From NCBI RefSeq assembly GCF_036504375.1, contig NZ_DASXVH010000045.1, forward strand, positions 9,921 to 73,920: a DNA stretch of 64,000 nucleotides. The letters run 5' to 3'. Positions 30,922 to 39,182 of this stretch are shown one piece after another. The DNA is from Novimethylophilus sp. Lineage in GTDB: Bacteria; Pseudomonadota; Gammaproteobacteria; Burkholderiales; Methylophilaceae. The position numbers and the translations under genes are program-made. Below the pieces are notes generated by a model, which made no database searches, was not told the DNA's origin, and saw only the letters and a list, made by a program, of their open reading frames with translations. The first letter of the stretch is position 1, and each line of letters begins with the position of its first letter.

Positions 30922-32190
30922 ATGTTTAAAAGCAATTATTTCAAAGCCGTCCTGCTCGCGCTGGCCTTGGCTGCGCTTGCCGGTTGCGACTCCATCCCGT
31001 TCATAGACAACTCGTCCGATTACAAAGGCGCCAGCCGCGGCAAACCGCTCGAGGTGCCGCCGGACCTGACCGCACTTTCCACCGACGATGCCTATGCGGT
31101 GCCGGGCAGCACTACCTATTCCGCCTATAACCAGGATCAGGGCGGCAAGCAGGAGCAGGCGGAGGTATTGCTTCCGGAGGCGGACAGCGTCAAATTCGAA
31201 CGTGCCGGCTCGCAACGCTGGCTGGTAGTAAAAGCCCCGCCCGAGAAGGTGTGGCCGGTGGTGCGTGAATTCTGGACCGATCTCGGCTTCGCTGTGCGGG
31301 TCGAGGATTCGAAAACCGGCGTCATGGAAACCGAATGGATCGATCCTGCCGATCTCGCCAAGGATGAGAAAGGCAACTATCTCGACAAGTTTCAGGGCTG
31401 GCTGGACAAACTGGAGGGCCTGAACAACCGGCAAAAATTCCGCACCCGCCTCGACCGCGGCGAAGAAGAAGGCATCACCGAAATCTACATGAGCCACCGC
31501 TCCATCAGCAATGCGCCGGACGACGGCCGGGTGCGCGTGCGCACCGTCTATGGCGATATTGACACTGGCTACAAGAATGAAGATTTCGCCAAGAACAAAA
31601 GCAAAGATGCCCGCGCCGCCTCCGAAGACATCGACGCCGAGTTGTTGCGCCGTCTGATGGTCAAACTGGGAGTTGCCGAAAAACAATCGCGCGCCATCAT
31701 CGCCAATCCGTCTCAGGAAAAACGCGCCGCCATCAACAAAGCGACTGACGGCTCGGTTACTCTGGCGCTGAACGACCAGTTCGACCGGGCCTGGCGCCGG
31801 GTTGGTCTGGCTCTGGATCGCGTAGGCTTCCTGGTGGAAGATCGCAACCGCTCGCAAGGACTGTTCTATGTGCGCTACTCCGATCTGGAAATAGATGCGC
31901 CTTCGGACGAGAAAAAGAAGGGCCTGCTCGACAAACTCAAGTTCTGGGGCGATGACGACAAAAAAGCAGAACCCAAGCCCGAACCCAAGAAAGAAGAAAA
32001 GGGCGTGGTGGACAAGCTCAAGTTCTGGGAAAACGACAAGGACAAGGCCGCCGCCGAGCTGCAGTATCGCGTCAAGCTGGACCGTGCCGGAGAAGGCACC
32101 GAAGTCACCGTGGTGGACAAGGACGGCAAACGCGACAAGTCCTCCACTGCAGGCCGCATTCTCGGCATGCTTTATGAACAGTTGAAGTAA
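30922..32190 (+). CDS. bamC: Outer-membrane assembly lipoprotein BamC (NlpB) with extended acidic/basic tail
   Basis: Conserved dapA-bamC order. Lipobox LAALAGC/DS. PLEVPPDL and WPVVREFWTDLGF blocks. The tail carries a duplicated DKLKFW motif (DNA 31930..31947 and 32011..32028). Confidence 0.8.
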   Translation: MFKSNYFKAVLLALALAALAGCDSIPFIDNSSDYKGASRGKPLEVPPDLTALSTDDAYAVPGSTTYSAYNQDQGGKQEQAEVLLPEADSVKFERAGSQRWLVVKAPPEKVWPVVREFWTDLGFAVRVEDSKTGVMETEWIDPADLAKDEKGNYLDKFQGWLDKLEGLNNRQKFRTRLDRGEEEGITEIYMSHRSISNAPDDGRVRVRTVYGDIDTGYKNEDFAKNKSKDARAASEDIDAELLRRLMVKLGVAEKQSRAIIANPSQEKRAAINKATDGSVTLALNDQFDRAWRRVGLALDRVGFLVEDRNRSQGLFYVRYSDLEIDAPSDEKKKGLLDKLKFWGDDDKKAEPKPEPKKEEKGVVDKLKFWENDKDKAAAELQYRVKLDRAGEGTEVTVVDKDGKRDKSSTAGRILGMLYEQLK

Positions 32191-32265
32191 TTGGTTCAGC
32201 CGGGAATCGGGGCAAAAAGGAAACATCCCGTTTTGTCCCGATTCCCCAGCCTTGGGGTAAGCTTC

Positions 32266-33033
32266 ATGCGCTTTGCCTTACTTGGCAGCGGTAGTGCCGG
32301 CAATGGCCTGGTAGCGCAAGCCGGCAATACCAAGGTATTGCTCGATTGCGGCTTCAGCCTGCGCGAAACAACCTTTCGCCTGGCCCGCCTGAATCTCGAG
32401 CCGCATCATCTGGCCGGAATACTTCTGACCCATGAACATGAGGACCATGCCCGCGGCGCATTCCGCCTTGCGGCCGACTTCAGGTTGCCCCTGTTCCTGA
32501 CGCATGGCACCTTCATGATGCTAGGCGATACGCCAACCGATATCGATATCCGCATCATCAACAGCCATGATGCATTCGCTATCGACGATATGGAAATCCA
32601 CCCCTACCCCGTACCCCACGATGCACGCGAGCCGGTCCAGTATGTGCTCAGCGACGGCATGCGGCGCCTGGGCGTACTCACAGACACCGGCACCAGCACC
32701 CCGCATATCGAGTCCATGCTTTCCGGCTGTCATGCGCTGGTACTGGAATGCAATCACGATCTGGACTTGCTAATGAACAACCGGCGCTATCCGCACTCGC
32801 TCAAGCAACGCATCAGCGGCGCTTATGGCCATCTGGATAATGCTACGGCGGCAGAATTGCTGGCGAAGCTCGACACACGCTCATTGCAGCATATTATCGC
32901 AGCCCATTTAAGTAAAAAGAATAATCGTCCGGAACTGGCGCGCGCCGCGTTGCGTAGCGCACTCGATTGCGAAGAGAAATGGATTAAGATAGCCAGTCAA
33001 ACAGAGGGCGTAGACTGGCTGGATATTAACTAA
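32266..33033 (+). CDS. MBL-fold metallo-hydrolase
   Basis: ATG 32266 (MRFALLGSGSAGN). Zinc motif THEHEDH. Confidence 0.85.
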   Translation: MRFALLGSGSAGNGLVAQAGNTKVLLDCGFSLRETTFRLARLNLEPHHLAGILLTHEHEDHARGAFRLAADFRLPLFLTHGTFMMLGDTPTDIDIRIINSHDAFAIDDMEIHPYPVPHDAREPVQYVLSDGMRRLGVLTDTGTSTPHIESMLSGCHALVLECNHDLDLLMNNRRYPHSLKQRISGAYGHLDNATAAELLAKLDTRSLQHIIAAHLSKKNNRPELARAALRSALDCEEKWIKIASQTEGVDWLDIN

Positions 33034-33075
33034 ACGAGATGGCTCGATACAATCCGACTAGCCAATACGAAGCAA

Positions 33076-33106
33076 TAAAAAAGCCGGCACGAAGCCGGCT
33101 TTTTTG
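33076..33106. terminator. Bidirectional rho-independent terminator
   Basis: AAAAA-AGCCGGC-acgaa-GCCGGCT-TTTTT, located between the convergent MBL gene and the lipoprotein gene. Confidence 0.75.
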
Positions 33107-33126
33107 TGAAGCCGAAGTAATTGGAT

Positions 33127-33360
33127 TTACTTCTTTTCCGGAGCAGCAGGAGCGGCCGGAGCAGCTTCAGCCGGCTTGGCAGCTTCAGCAGCAGGAGCGG
33201 CCGGAGCAGCTTCAGCCGGCTTGGCAGCTTCGGCCGGAGCAGCAGCAGGAGCGGCCGGAGCAGCAGCAGGAGCAGCTTCAGGAGCAGGAGCTTCTTCTTT
33301 TTTGCCGCAAGCGGTCAGAGCCAGGGCCAGCAAGGTAGCGAGCAGAGCGGAACGGATCAT
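33127..33360 (-). CDS. Small Ala/Pro-rich repeat lipoprotein
   Basis: 77 aa. Lipobox ALALTAC/GKKEE. The rest is (E)AAKPAEAAPAAPAA repeats ending in EKK. Confidence 0.7.
   Translation of the reverse strand: MIRSALLATLLALALTACGKKEEAPAPEAAPAAAPAAPAAAPAEAAKPAEAAPAAPAAEAAKPAEAAPAAPAAPEKK
33146..33231. repeat. 45-nt tandem repeat (about 1.9 copies) inside the lipoprotein gene
   Basis: GCAGGAGCGGCCGGAGCAGCTTCAGCCGGCTTGGCAGCTTCAGCA at 33146..33190 is repeated from 33191. A further partial copy is at 33246..33265. Confidence 0.85.
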
Positions 33361-33528
33361 TTTATTTCCCTTATGAAAGTAGTCACAGAAAACATTGTCG
33401 GCCTCCTTATTCTCAAAGGAGTCTTCCGAAGCGCGATATTTTATACACGCGCTTATAAAAATACCAGTGCTTTTTATTTTTAAAGGTTTTTCAAGTCAGC
33501 CATAAAAATATACCGAATCCGCCATGCA

Positions 33529-34023
33529 TCATAAACCGAGCGTCGTAGCAGCAACTGCCGGCGTAGACGCTTCTTGCAATTGTCCGAACTTTTCCTCGAG
33601 CAACCGCGCGCCGGCATGATCGTAAAACGCCAGCAAGGCACGGGCACTGTCCGCATGAAAACGGTGTACATAATGCGCCTCATCCGCGATTACGAAAGGA
33701 TCATTGGCCATGCGTCCATGCTCGTGGGTTTTGAGAATGGATATGGCATGGCCGTAGGGCTTCAGCAAATTCATCAAACGCGGGCAGCGCCGAACCAGGC
33801 GTTCCGTTTCATGCAAAATAATCACCAGCCGATTAATGCGATCCTTCGCCAGAAAATGCCGCAAGGCTTCAAAACGCGACACCGTGTCGTAACTCCCGGA
33901 AGCAAGATCGACGTCAAAAACATGCAGCGTATGCTCGGCCTTTTCAATCACCGCATCAATGGCTTCCGAATACTCGGCCTCGCCATTGAGCATACGGTGC
34001 TGTTTTTCCGTTTCTGCAACCAT
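33529..34023 (-). CDS. Conserved hypothetical protein (164 aa)
   Basis: AGGAGG SD. It starts 12 nt after the stop of the cupin-4 gene. Coding-like composition. I recognise no family. Confidence 0.7.
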   Translation of the reverse strand: MVAETEKQHRMLNGEAEYSEAIDAVIEKAEHTLHVFDVDLASGSYDTVSRFEALRHFLAKDRINRLVIILHETERLVRRCPRLMNLLKPYGHAISILKTHEHGRMANDPFVIADEAHYVHRFHADSARALLAFYDHAGARLLEEKFGQLQEASTPAVAATTLGL

Positions 34024-34035
34024 GATGCGCGCCTC

Positions 34036-35172
34036 CTAGCTGGAAAATTGCAAATATCCGGCGTGATACCACTGGCACAACAAATCCGTCAACTGCGGCA
34101 TTTGCAGATAAGCCGGCGGCAAAGGCGGCAATACGCGCCGATCGGCCAATTGTCGCAGCATCGGCACCACTTGTTTCTCGACCTCGAGCGCTTCCCCATT
34201 GATGAACACCTTACAGCCGTGCGTCAACATCAGGCTTTTCAGATCCAGCCGAATGCCTTTGTCGGCGAGCCGCTGCAGAAACCTCGGCGCAGCCATGCGC
34301 CGCGGCGGAGCGAAAACGATATGCGGCTTGGGTTCGGTCAGATACTCGCCCAGAAAGCCCGAAACGTCGCTCTTGTTCCAGCGGATGGACTGCAACAGTC
34401 TTTCGACTTTGTCGATCATCCGCCCGGAAATTTCGGCAGGATGCGCCTGCAAGTCGAGGTCGGGATCGGCATACATGCCTTCGAGCCGGATGTGTTCCTG
34501 CAGATGAGCCAGGAACTGGGCGCCCAGTTCCTGCGCGGACGGCGCACGGAAGCCGACCGACCAGGTCATGCAATCCCCCACCGCAATGCCCCAGTGCGCG
34601 CAGCGCGGCGGCAGGTAAAGCATATCGCCCTGTTCCAGCAGCCATTCCTGCTCGGTATGGAAATTTTTAAGTATGCGCAGCGGCGCGCCCTCCACCAGTT
34701 CCATATCCTGCTGCTGGCTGATGCGCCACAAGCGCTGTCCCTGCCCTTGCAGCAGGAACACATCGTAGGAATCGAAATGCGGGCCGACTCCCCCACCATC
34801 CGGTGCAAAGCTTACCATCAGGTCGTCCAGCCGCGCAGTGGGGATGAAATCGAAACACTGCAGCAGTTCCTCCCCCTCCCTCAGGAAATGGTTGACCCCC
34901 TGCACCAGCAGGCTCCAGTTCTTTTTTGGCAACCCGGCAAAACGCTCTTCCGCGAACGGGCCATGCTCCAGCCGCCAGCCGCCCCGGTTCTGCAATACCA
35001 GCCGCGATTGCGCCTCCTCCTCGCACGCCAGCCCGGCCAGTTCATCCGGGGTCAGCCAGTCGCCGAAGCCGGGGAATGCCTGACGGATCAGCAACGGCTT
35101 TTTCTGCCAATATTCCGTTAAAAATTGTTGTGCGGTAAGACCGCCCAGATGCGCAAGTTTCATGAGACGCAT
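34036..35172 (-). CDS. roxA: Cupin-4/JmjC ribosomal protein arginine hydroxylase (YcfD/RoxA-like)
   Basis: FLTEYWQKKPLLIRQAF, NWSLLVQGVN, GGGVGPHFDSYDVFLLQGQGQRLWRI and GDMLYLPPRCAHWG parallel E. coli YcfD. An alternative start is ATG 35163. Confidence 0.85.
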   Translation of the reverse strand: MRLMKLAHLGGLTAQQFLTEYWQKKPLLIRQAFPGFGDWLTPDELAGLACEEEAQSRLVLQNRGGWRLEHGPFAEERFAGLPKKNWSLLVQGVNHFLREGEELLQCFDFIPTARLDDLMVSFAPDGGGVGPHFDSYDVFLLQGQGQRLWRISQQQDMELVEGAPLRILKNFHTEQEWLLEQGDMLYLPPRCAHWGIAVGDCMTWSVGFRAPSAQELGAQFLAHLQEHIRLEGMYADPDLDLQAHPAEISGRMIDKVERLLQSIRWNKSDVSGFLGEYLTEPKPHIVFAPPRRMAAPRFLQRLADKGIRLDLKSLMLTHGCKVFINGEALEVEKQVVPMLRQLADRRVLPPLPPAYLQMPQLTDLLCQWYHAGYLQFSS

Positions 35173-35240
35173 GATAGCGCTTGCGTCTCATCGCTGGAAA
35201 TGGTTTAAAATGGTTCTCGACGCCTCCCTCACGAGAAACT

Positions 35241-35702
35241 ATGCCGCATCCCGGTTCCCACGCTCCAGATTTCACGTTGCCCGATGCCGACATGGGACTG
35301 GTGAAACTCTCCCGCTACAAAGGCAAAAATGTCGTTCTTTATTTCTATCCCAAAGACGACACTCCGGGCTGCACCATGGAAGCTATCGAGTTCAGCGACA
35401 TGGAAGAAGAGTTCGCCGGGTATGACACCGTGATCCTCGGCATTTCGCGCGACGACTGCATCAGCCATGCGGATTTTCGCGACAAGCACGGCCTGGCGGT
35501 GCAATTGCTCGCCGACGTGGACGGCAAGGTGTGCGAAAAATATGGCGTATGGCGGGAAAAGGAAAAAGATGGCGTGCGCAAGATGGGCATCGTCCGTTCC
35601 ACTTTCATCATCGACAAACAGGGCATGCTGCGCCACGCATTTTATGGCGTCACCGCCAAAGGGCACGCGGCGGAAATATTAAATCTCATCAAGGAATTGT
35701 AA
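35241..35702 (+). CDS. bcp: Thiol peroxidase Bcp (peroxiredoxin)
   Basis: ATG 35241 (MPHPGSHAPDFTLPD). Active site YFYPKDDTPGCT. Confidence 0.9.
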   Translation: MPHPGSHAPDFTLPDADMGLVKLSRYKGKNVVLYFYPKDDTPGCTMEAIEFSDMEEEFAGYDTVILGISRDDCISHADFRDKHGLAVQLLADVDGKVCEKYGVWREKEKDGVRKMGIVRSTFIIDKQGMLRHAFYGVTAKGHAAEILNLIKEL

Positions 35703-36184
35703 TGAAGATCGCAATGAACACCGTTGTTTCCATTTCCTACGAGCTGCGCGACGGCGATGGCGCACTGCTGGACTCCTCCGCCGACCATCCGGTCAGCTAC
35801 CTGCATGGCGGCTATGACGGCATTTTCCCCAAGGTGGAAGAAGAACTGCACGAAAAAAGCATAGGGGATACGCTGGAACTGACACTGGAACCGACGGATG
35901 CTTTCGGCGATTATGACGAGGAACTGGTACAGATCGAACCGGCTTCGGCTTTTCCCTCCGAACAACTGGAAGTCGGCATGCAGTTCGAAGGCGAAGACCA
36001 GCATGGCGACGTCATTCTCTATACCGTCACCGACATCGCCGACGGCAAAGTGGTGGTCGACGGCAATCATCCATGGGCCGGCGAGCGCCTGCAGTTCAAG
36101 TGCACGGTGACCGGCGTGCGCCCCGCCACCAAAGAGGAAATCAACCACGGCCACACGCATGGCGAAGGCGGGCACCATCACTAA
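35702..36184 (+). CDS. slyD: FKBP-type peptidyl-prolyl isomerase SlyD
   Basis: ATG 35702 overlaps the bcp TAA by 1 nt. MKIAMNTVVSISYELRD. FKBP plus IF domain. His-rich tail HGHTHGEGGHHH. Confidence 0.9.
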   Translation: MKIAMNTVVSISYELRDGDGALLDSSADHPVSYLHGGYDGIFPKVEEELHEKSIGDTLELTLEPTDAFGDYDEELVQIEPASAFPSEQLEVGMQFEGEDQHGDVILYTVTDIADGKVVVDGNHPWAGERLQFKCTVTGVRPATKEEINHGHTHGEGGHHH

Positions 36185-36222
36185 GTTGCGCTAGCACGGG
36201 AGCGCCTGGGTCAACGGCGCTC

Positions 36223-36531
36223 CTACCTGCGCACCGCATCGAGGCTGATTACCGCCTCGTTGCTCACCACTTCCGCGCTGTGCACAACGCCGCGCGGCAC
36301 TTCCAGCAAATCGCCCGCTTCCAGCATTACCGTCGCGCCTTCCATGCCCATGCGGAAACGCCCGGCGAGCACGCCGTCGATTTTGTCGACGCCATGCGTA
36401 TGTGGCGGAAAATACGTGCCCGGCGGATAGACATAGCGGCTGACGCCATACCCCATGGCTTCCAGCTTGCTGCGCATTGCCGCCTCGGTCAGCGGGCCGT
36501 CTCGGCTTGCATCCCAGTGCATCGGCTTCAT
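36223..36531 (-). CDS. Small cupin-domain protein
   Basis: Only the last 102 codons of ORF 36223..36960 are free of mutS. ATG 36531 forms an ATGA overlap with the mutS stop. Cupin motif [16 protein letters not shown]...[14 protein letters not shown]. Confidence 0.8.
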   Translation of the reverse strand: MKPMHWDASRDGPLTEAAMRSKLEAMGYGVSRYVYPPGTYFPPHTHGVDKIDGVLAGRFRMGMEGATVMLEAGDLLEVPRGVVHSAEVVSNEAVISLDAVRR

Positions 36532-39101
36532 AGCAATCCTTTCAAGCGATACAAGGCCTCCAAGGCTTCTTTCGGACTGAGGTCGTCCGGGTCGATATCC
36601 AGCAGCGCCTCCAACGCCGGCGCGGGTGCGGGCTCGGCGGCTGCGGGAGCAGCGAACAGATCGGGTTGCGGCCCGGCCTGGATGCTTTGCTGTTCCAGTT
36701 GCACCAGCCGGCGTCTGGCCGCCGCGATGACGGATTTGGGGATGCCCGCCAGCTGCGCCACCTGCAAGCCGTAGCTCTGGCTCGCCGGGCCTTCCTCGAC
36801 GCTGTGCAGGAACACGATGCCGTCGCCGTGTTCGACCGCATCCAGATGCACGTTGGCGACCTGCTTGTAGTCTTCGGTGAGGCGCGTCAATTCGAAATAG
36901 TGGGTCGCAAACAAGGTATAACTGCGGTTGCGTTCCAATAAATGCCTGGCGCAGGCCCACGCCAGCGCCAGCCCGTCGAAAGTGGACGTGCCGCGGCCGA
37001 TCTCGTCTAACAGCACCAGGCTATGCTCGCCGGCGTTATGCAGAATATTGGCGGTTTCGGTCATTTCCACCATAAAGGTGGATCGCCCCCCGGCCAGATC
37101 GTCGGAGGCGCCGATGCGGGTGAAGATGCGGTCCACCGGGCCTATTTGGGCCGATTGCGCCGGCACGAAACAGCCGCAATGCGCCAGCAGCACGATCAGC
37201 GCGGTCTGGCGCATGTAAGTGGACTTGCCGCCCATGTTGGGGCCGGTGATCAAGAGTAGCTGGCGGAATGGCGATAGCGTCGTGTCGTTGGCGATGAAAG
37301 GCTGCGCCAGTTGCTCCACCACCGGATGGCGCCCGCCGCGGATGTTGATGCCGGGCTCGCCGCTGAACTGCGGGCAAACGTAATTGAGCGCCTCGGCGCG
37401 TTCGGTGAAACAGGCCAGCACGTCCAGTTCGGCCACCGCGGCGGCATTTTGCTGCAACCGGGCGATATGCGGCGCGAGACTATCCAGCACCTCCTCGTAC
37501 AAGGCCTTTTCCCGCGCCAGCGCGCGCTCGTTGGCCGACAGCACCTTGTCCTCGAATGCCTTGAGTTCCGGCGTGATATAGCGCTCGGCGTTCTTCAGCG
37601 TCTGGCGCCGGCGGTATTCCGGCGGGGCATTCTCCGCCTGCGCGCGGGAGAGTTCGATGTAGAAGCCGTGCACGCTGTTGTACTCGACCTTGAGCGCGGC
37701 GATGCCGGTGCGCTCGCGCTCCTGCGCCTCGTATTGCAGCAGGTAATCCCCGCAATTGGCTTGCAGCGCGCGCAGCTCGTCCAGTTCGGCGTCGAAACCG
37801 TCGGCGATCACGCCGCCCTCGCGCAATACCGCGGCGGGTTCCGGGCGAATCGCACGCTCCAGCACTTGGCTGGCGTCGGGCGGCGCGGTTAAGTACCCGG
37901 CCAATTGCAGCAGCCGTCCCTGGCTTCCGGCTAGCGGAGCTGCCAGCGCAGGCAGCAGTTTCAGGCTTTCGCGCAACGCGGAAAGGTCGCGCGGCCGGGC
38001 CGTGCGCAACGCCACGCGGGCGGTGATGCGCTCGACATCGCCGATCTGTCTCAATACGGGCCGCAAGCGCTCATGCAGGCCGCTGCCGCGCAATTCCTCG
38101 ATCGCGGCATGGCGTGCGGCAATCGCGACCCGATCGCGCAGCGGATGGTGCAGCCAGTAGCGCAGCAGCCGCGTGCCCATCGCGGTGCAGCTGGTATCGA
38201 GCAGTGAATGCAGGGTGGGCGCCGGCTCGCCGCGCAGGGTCTGGTCGATTTCCAGGTTGCGCCTTGTCGCGGCGTCAAGCTGGATGAATGCGCTCTGCTG
38301 CTCGGCAGAAAGCCCGAGGATGTGCGGCAGCGCGCCGCGCTGGGTGTTGTGCACATAGTCCAGCAGCGCCCCGGCGGCGGCGATCGCGGCGTGCATGCCG
38401 TCGACGCCGAAACCGGAGAGATCATGGGTGCCGAACTGGCGGGTCAGGGTCTGCAGCGCACTGTCGAGGTCGAACTGCCAGGGCGCCAGGCGCTTGCGCG
38501 CGCATTTCAGGGTTTCCAGCAGCGGATGGCGCAGATCGTCCGGCAGCAGCAATTCCGCCGGGGCGATGCGCTCCAGCTCGTGCGCCAGCGCATGCTCCGC
38601 CGCTTCGCACAGCACGAAAGCGCCGGAAGCCAGATTGATGCGCGCCAGCCCCAGCTGCCCTTCATGCACGCACAAGGCCAGCAGCACGTTGTCGCGCGCG
38701 TCGTCCAGCAAGGCACTGTCGGTGAGCGTGCCGGGCGTGATGATGCGCGCCACCTTGCGCTCCACCGGGCCTTTACTCAGGGCGGGGTCGCCCACCTGTT
38801 CGCAGATGGCCACCGCCTCGCCCAGCTTCACCAGCTTCGCCAGATACTGCTCCACCGCGTGATAAGGCACCCCGGCCATCTTGATCGGCTCGCCGTTGCT
38901 GGCGCCGCGCCGGGTCAGCGTGATATCCAGCAAGCGCGCGGCTTTTTCCGCATCCTCGAAAAACAGCTCGTAGAAATCCCCCATGCGGTAGAACAGCAGC
39001 ATGTCGGGGTGCTCCGCCTTGATGCTCAAATACTGCTGCATCATCGGCGTATGTTTTTGCAACCCCTGAGCAGCCGTGATTTGAGTATTGATCTGGTTCA
39101 A
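36528..39101 (-). CDS. mutS: DNA mismatch repair protein MutS
   Basis: 857 aa. N-terminal [22 protein letters not shown]. Walker [23 protein letters not shown]. Confidence 0.97.
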   Translation of the reverse strand: MNQINTQITAAQGLQKHTPMMQQYLSIKAEHPDMLLFYRMGDFYELFFEDAEKAARLLDITLTRRGASNGEPIKMAGVPYHAVEQYLAKLVKLGEAVAICEQVGDPALSKGPVERKVARIITPGTLTDSALLDDARDNVLLALCVHEGQLGLARINLASGAFVLCEAAEHALAHELERIAPAELLLPDDLRHPLLETLKCARKRLAPWQFDLDSALQTLTRQFGTHDLSGFGVDGMHAAIAAAGALLDYVHNTQRGALPHILGLSAEQQSAFIQLDAATRRNLEIDQTLRGEPAPTLHSLLDTSCTAMGTRLLRYWLHHPLRDRVAIAARHAAIEELRGSGLHERLRPVLRQIGDVERITARVALRTARPRDLSALRESLKLLPALAAPLAGSQGRLLQLAGYLTAPPDASQVLERAIRPEPAAVLREGGVIADGFDAELDELRALQANCGDYLLQYEAQERERTGIAALKVEYNSVHGFYIELSRAQAENAPPEYRRRQTLKNAERYITPELKAFEDKVLSANERALAREKALYEEVLDSLAPHIARLQQNAAAVAELDVLACFTERAEALNYVCPQFSGEPGINIRGGRHPVVEQLAQPFIANDTTLSPFRQLLLITGPNMGGKSTYMRQTALIVLLAHCGCFVPAQSAQIGPVDRIFTRIGASDDLAGGRSTFMVEMTETANILHNAGEHSLVLLDEIGRGTSTFDGLALAWACARHLLERNRSYTLFATHYFELTRLTEDYKQVANVHLDAVEHGDGIVFLHSVEEGPASQSYGLQVAQLAGIPKSVIAAARRRLVQLEQQSIQAGPQPDLFAAPAAAEPAPAPALEALLDIDPDDLSPKEALEALYRLKGLL

Positions 39102-39182
39102 CTTTTGATCCTGCTTTTAAAGGTTTAACTCGCGCCGGAAGTGTAGCCCGGAGACTTTCGGCGTGCCATCGGATAACGCCGG

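Noticed and set aside
30736-32226. 496-aa ORF antisense to dapA/bamC
   Set aside because: It is a shadow frame of two well-supported genes. It has no start context and a repetitive, Phe/Val/Ala-rich product.
33039-33483. Plus-strand ORFs through the repeat region, and a possible CRISPR-like array
   Set aside because: The repeats are contiguous 45-nt units with no spacers and sit inside a lipoprotein gene that has a good lipobox on the minus strand. The plus-strand ORFs (QQERPEQLQPAWQL..., SSRSGRSS...) are alternative-frame read-outs of the same repeat.
33574-35121. 515-aa ORF on the plus strand
   Set aside because: It is antisense to the 164-aa gene and the RoxA-like gene, both of which have proper SDs and family motifs. 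Its product is Gln/Arg/Leu/His-rich shadow sequence.
35531-35701. N-terminal extensions of the ORFs 35531..36184 (slyD) and 44705..45976 (desulfurase)
   Set aside because: The extensions overlap bcp and iscR respectively in other frames. The internal ATGs at 35702 and 44843 give family-typical N-termini directly abutting the upstream stops.
36198-36223. Hairpin GGAGCGCC-N9-GGCGCTCC between the convergent slyD and cupin genes
   Set aside because: The stem is plausible, but there is no U-run in either direction and it overlaps the cupin stop codon. That is not enough to call a terminator.
36532-36960. N-terminal 143 codons of ORF 36223..36960
   Set aside because: This part lies entirely inside mutS in another frame, and its product is Arg/Gly/Pro-rich. 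Only the last 102 codons, starting at the ATGA junction with mutS, look like a real cupin protein.
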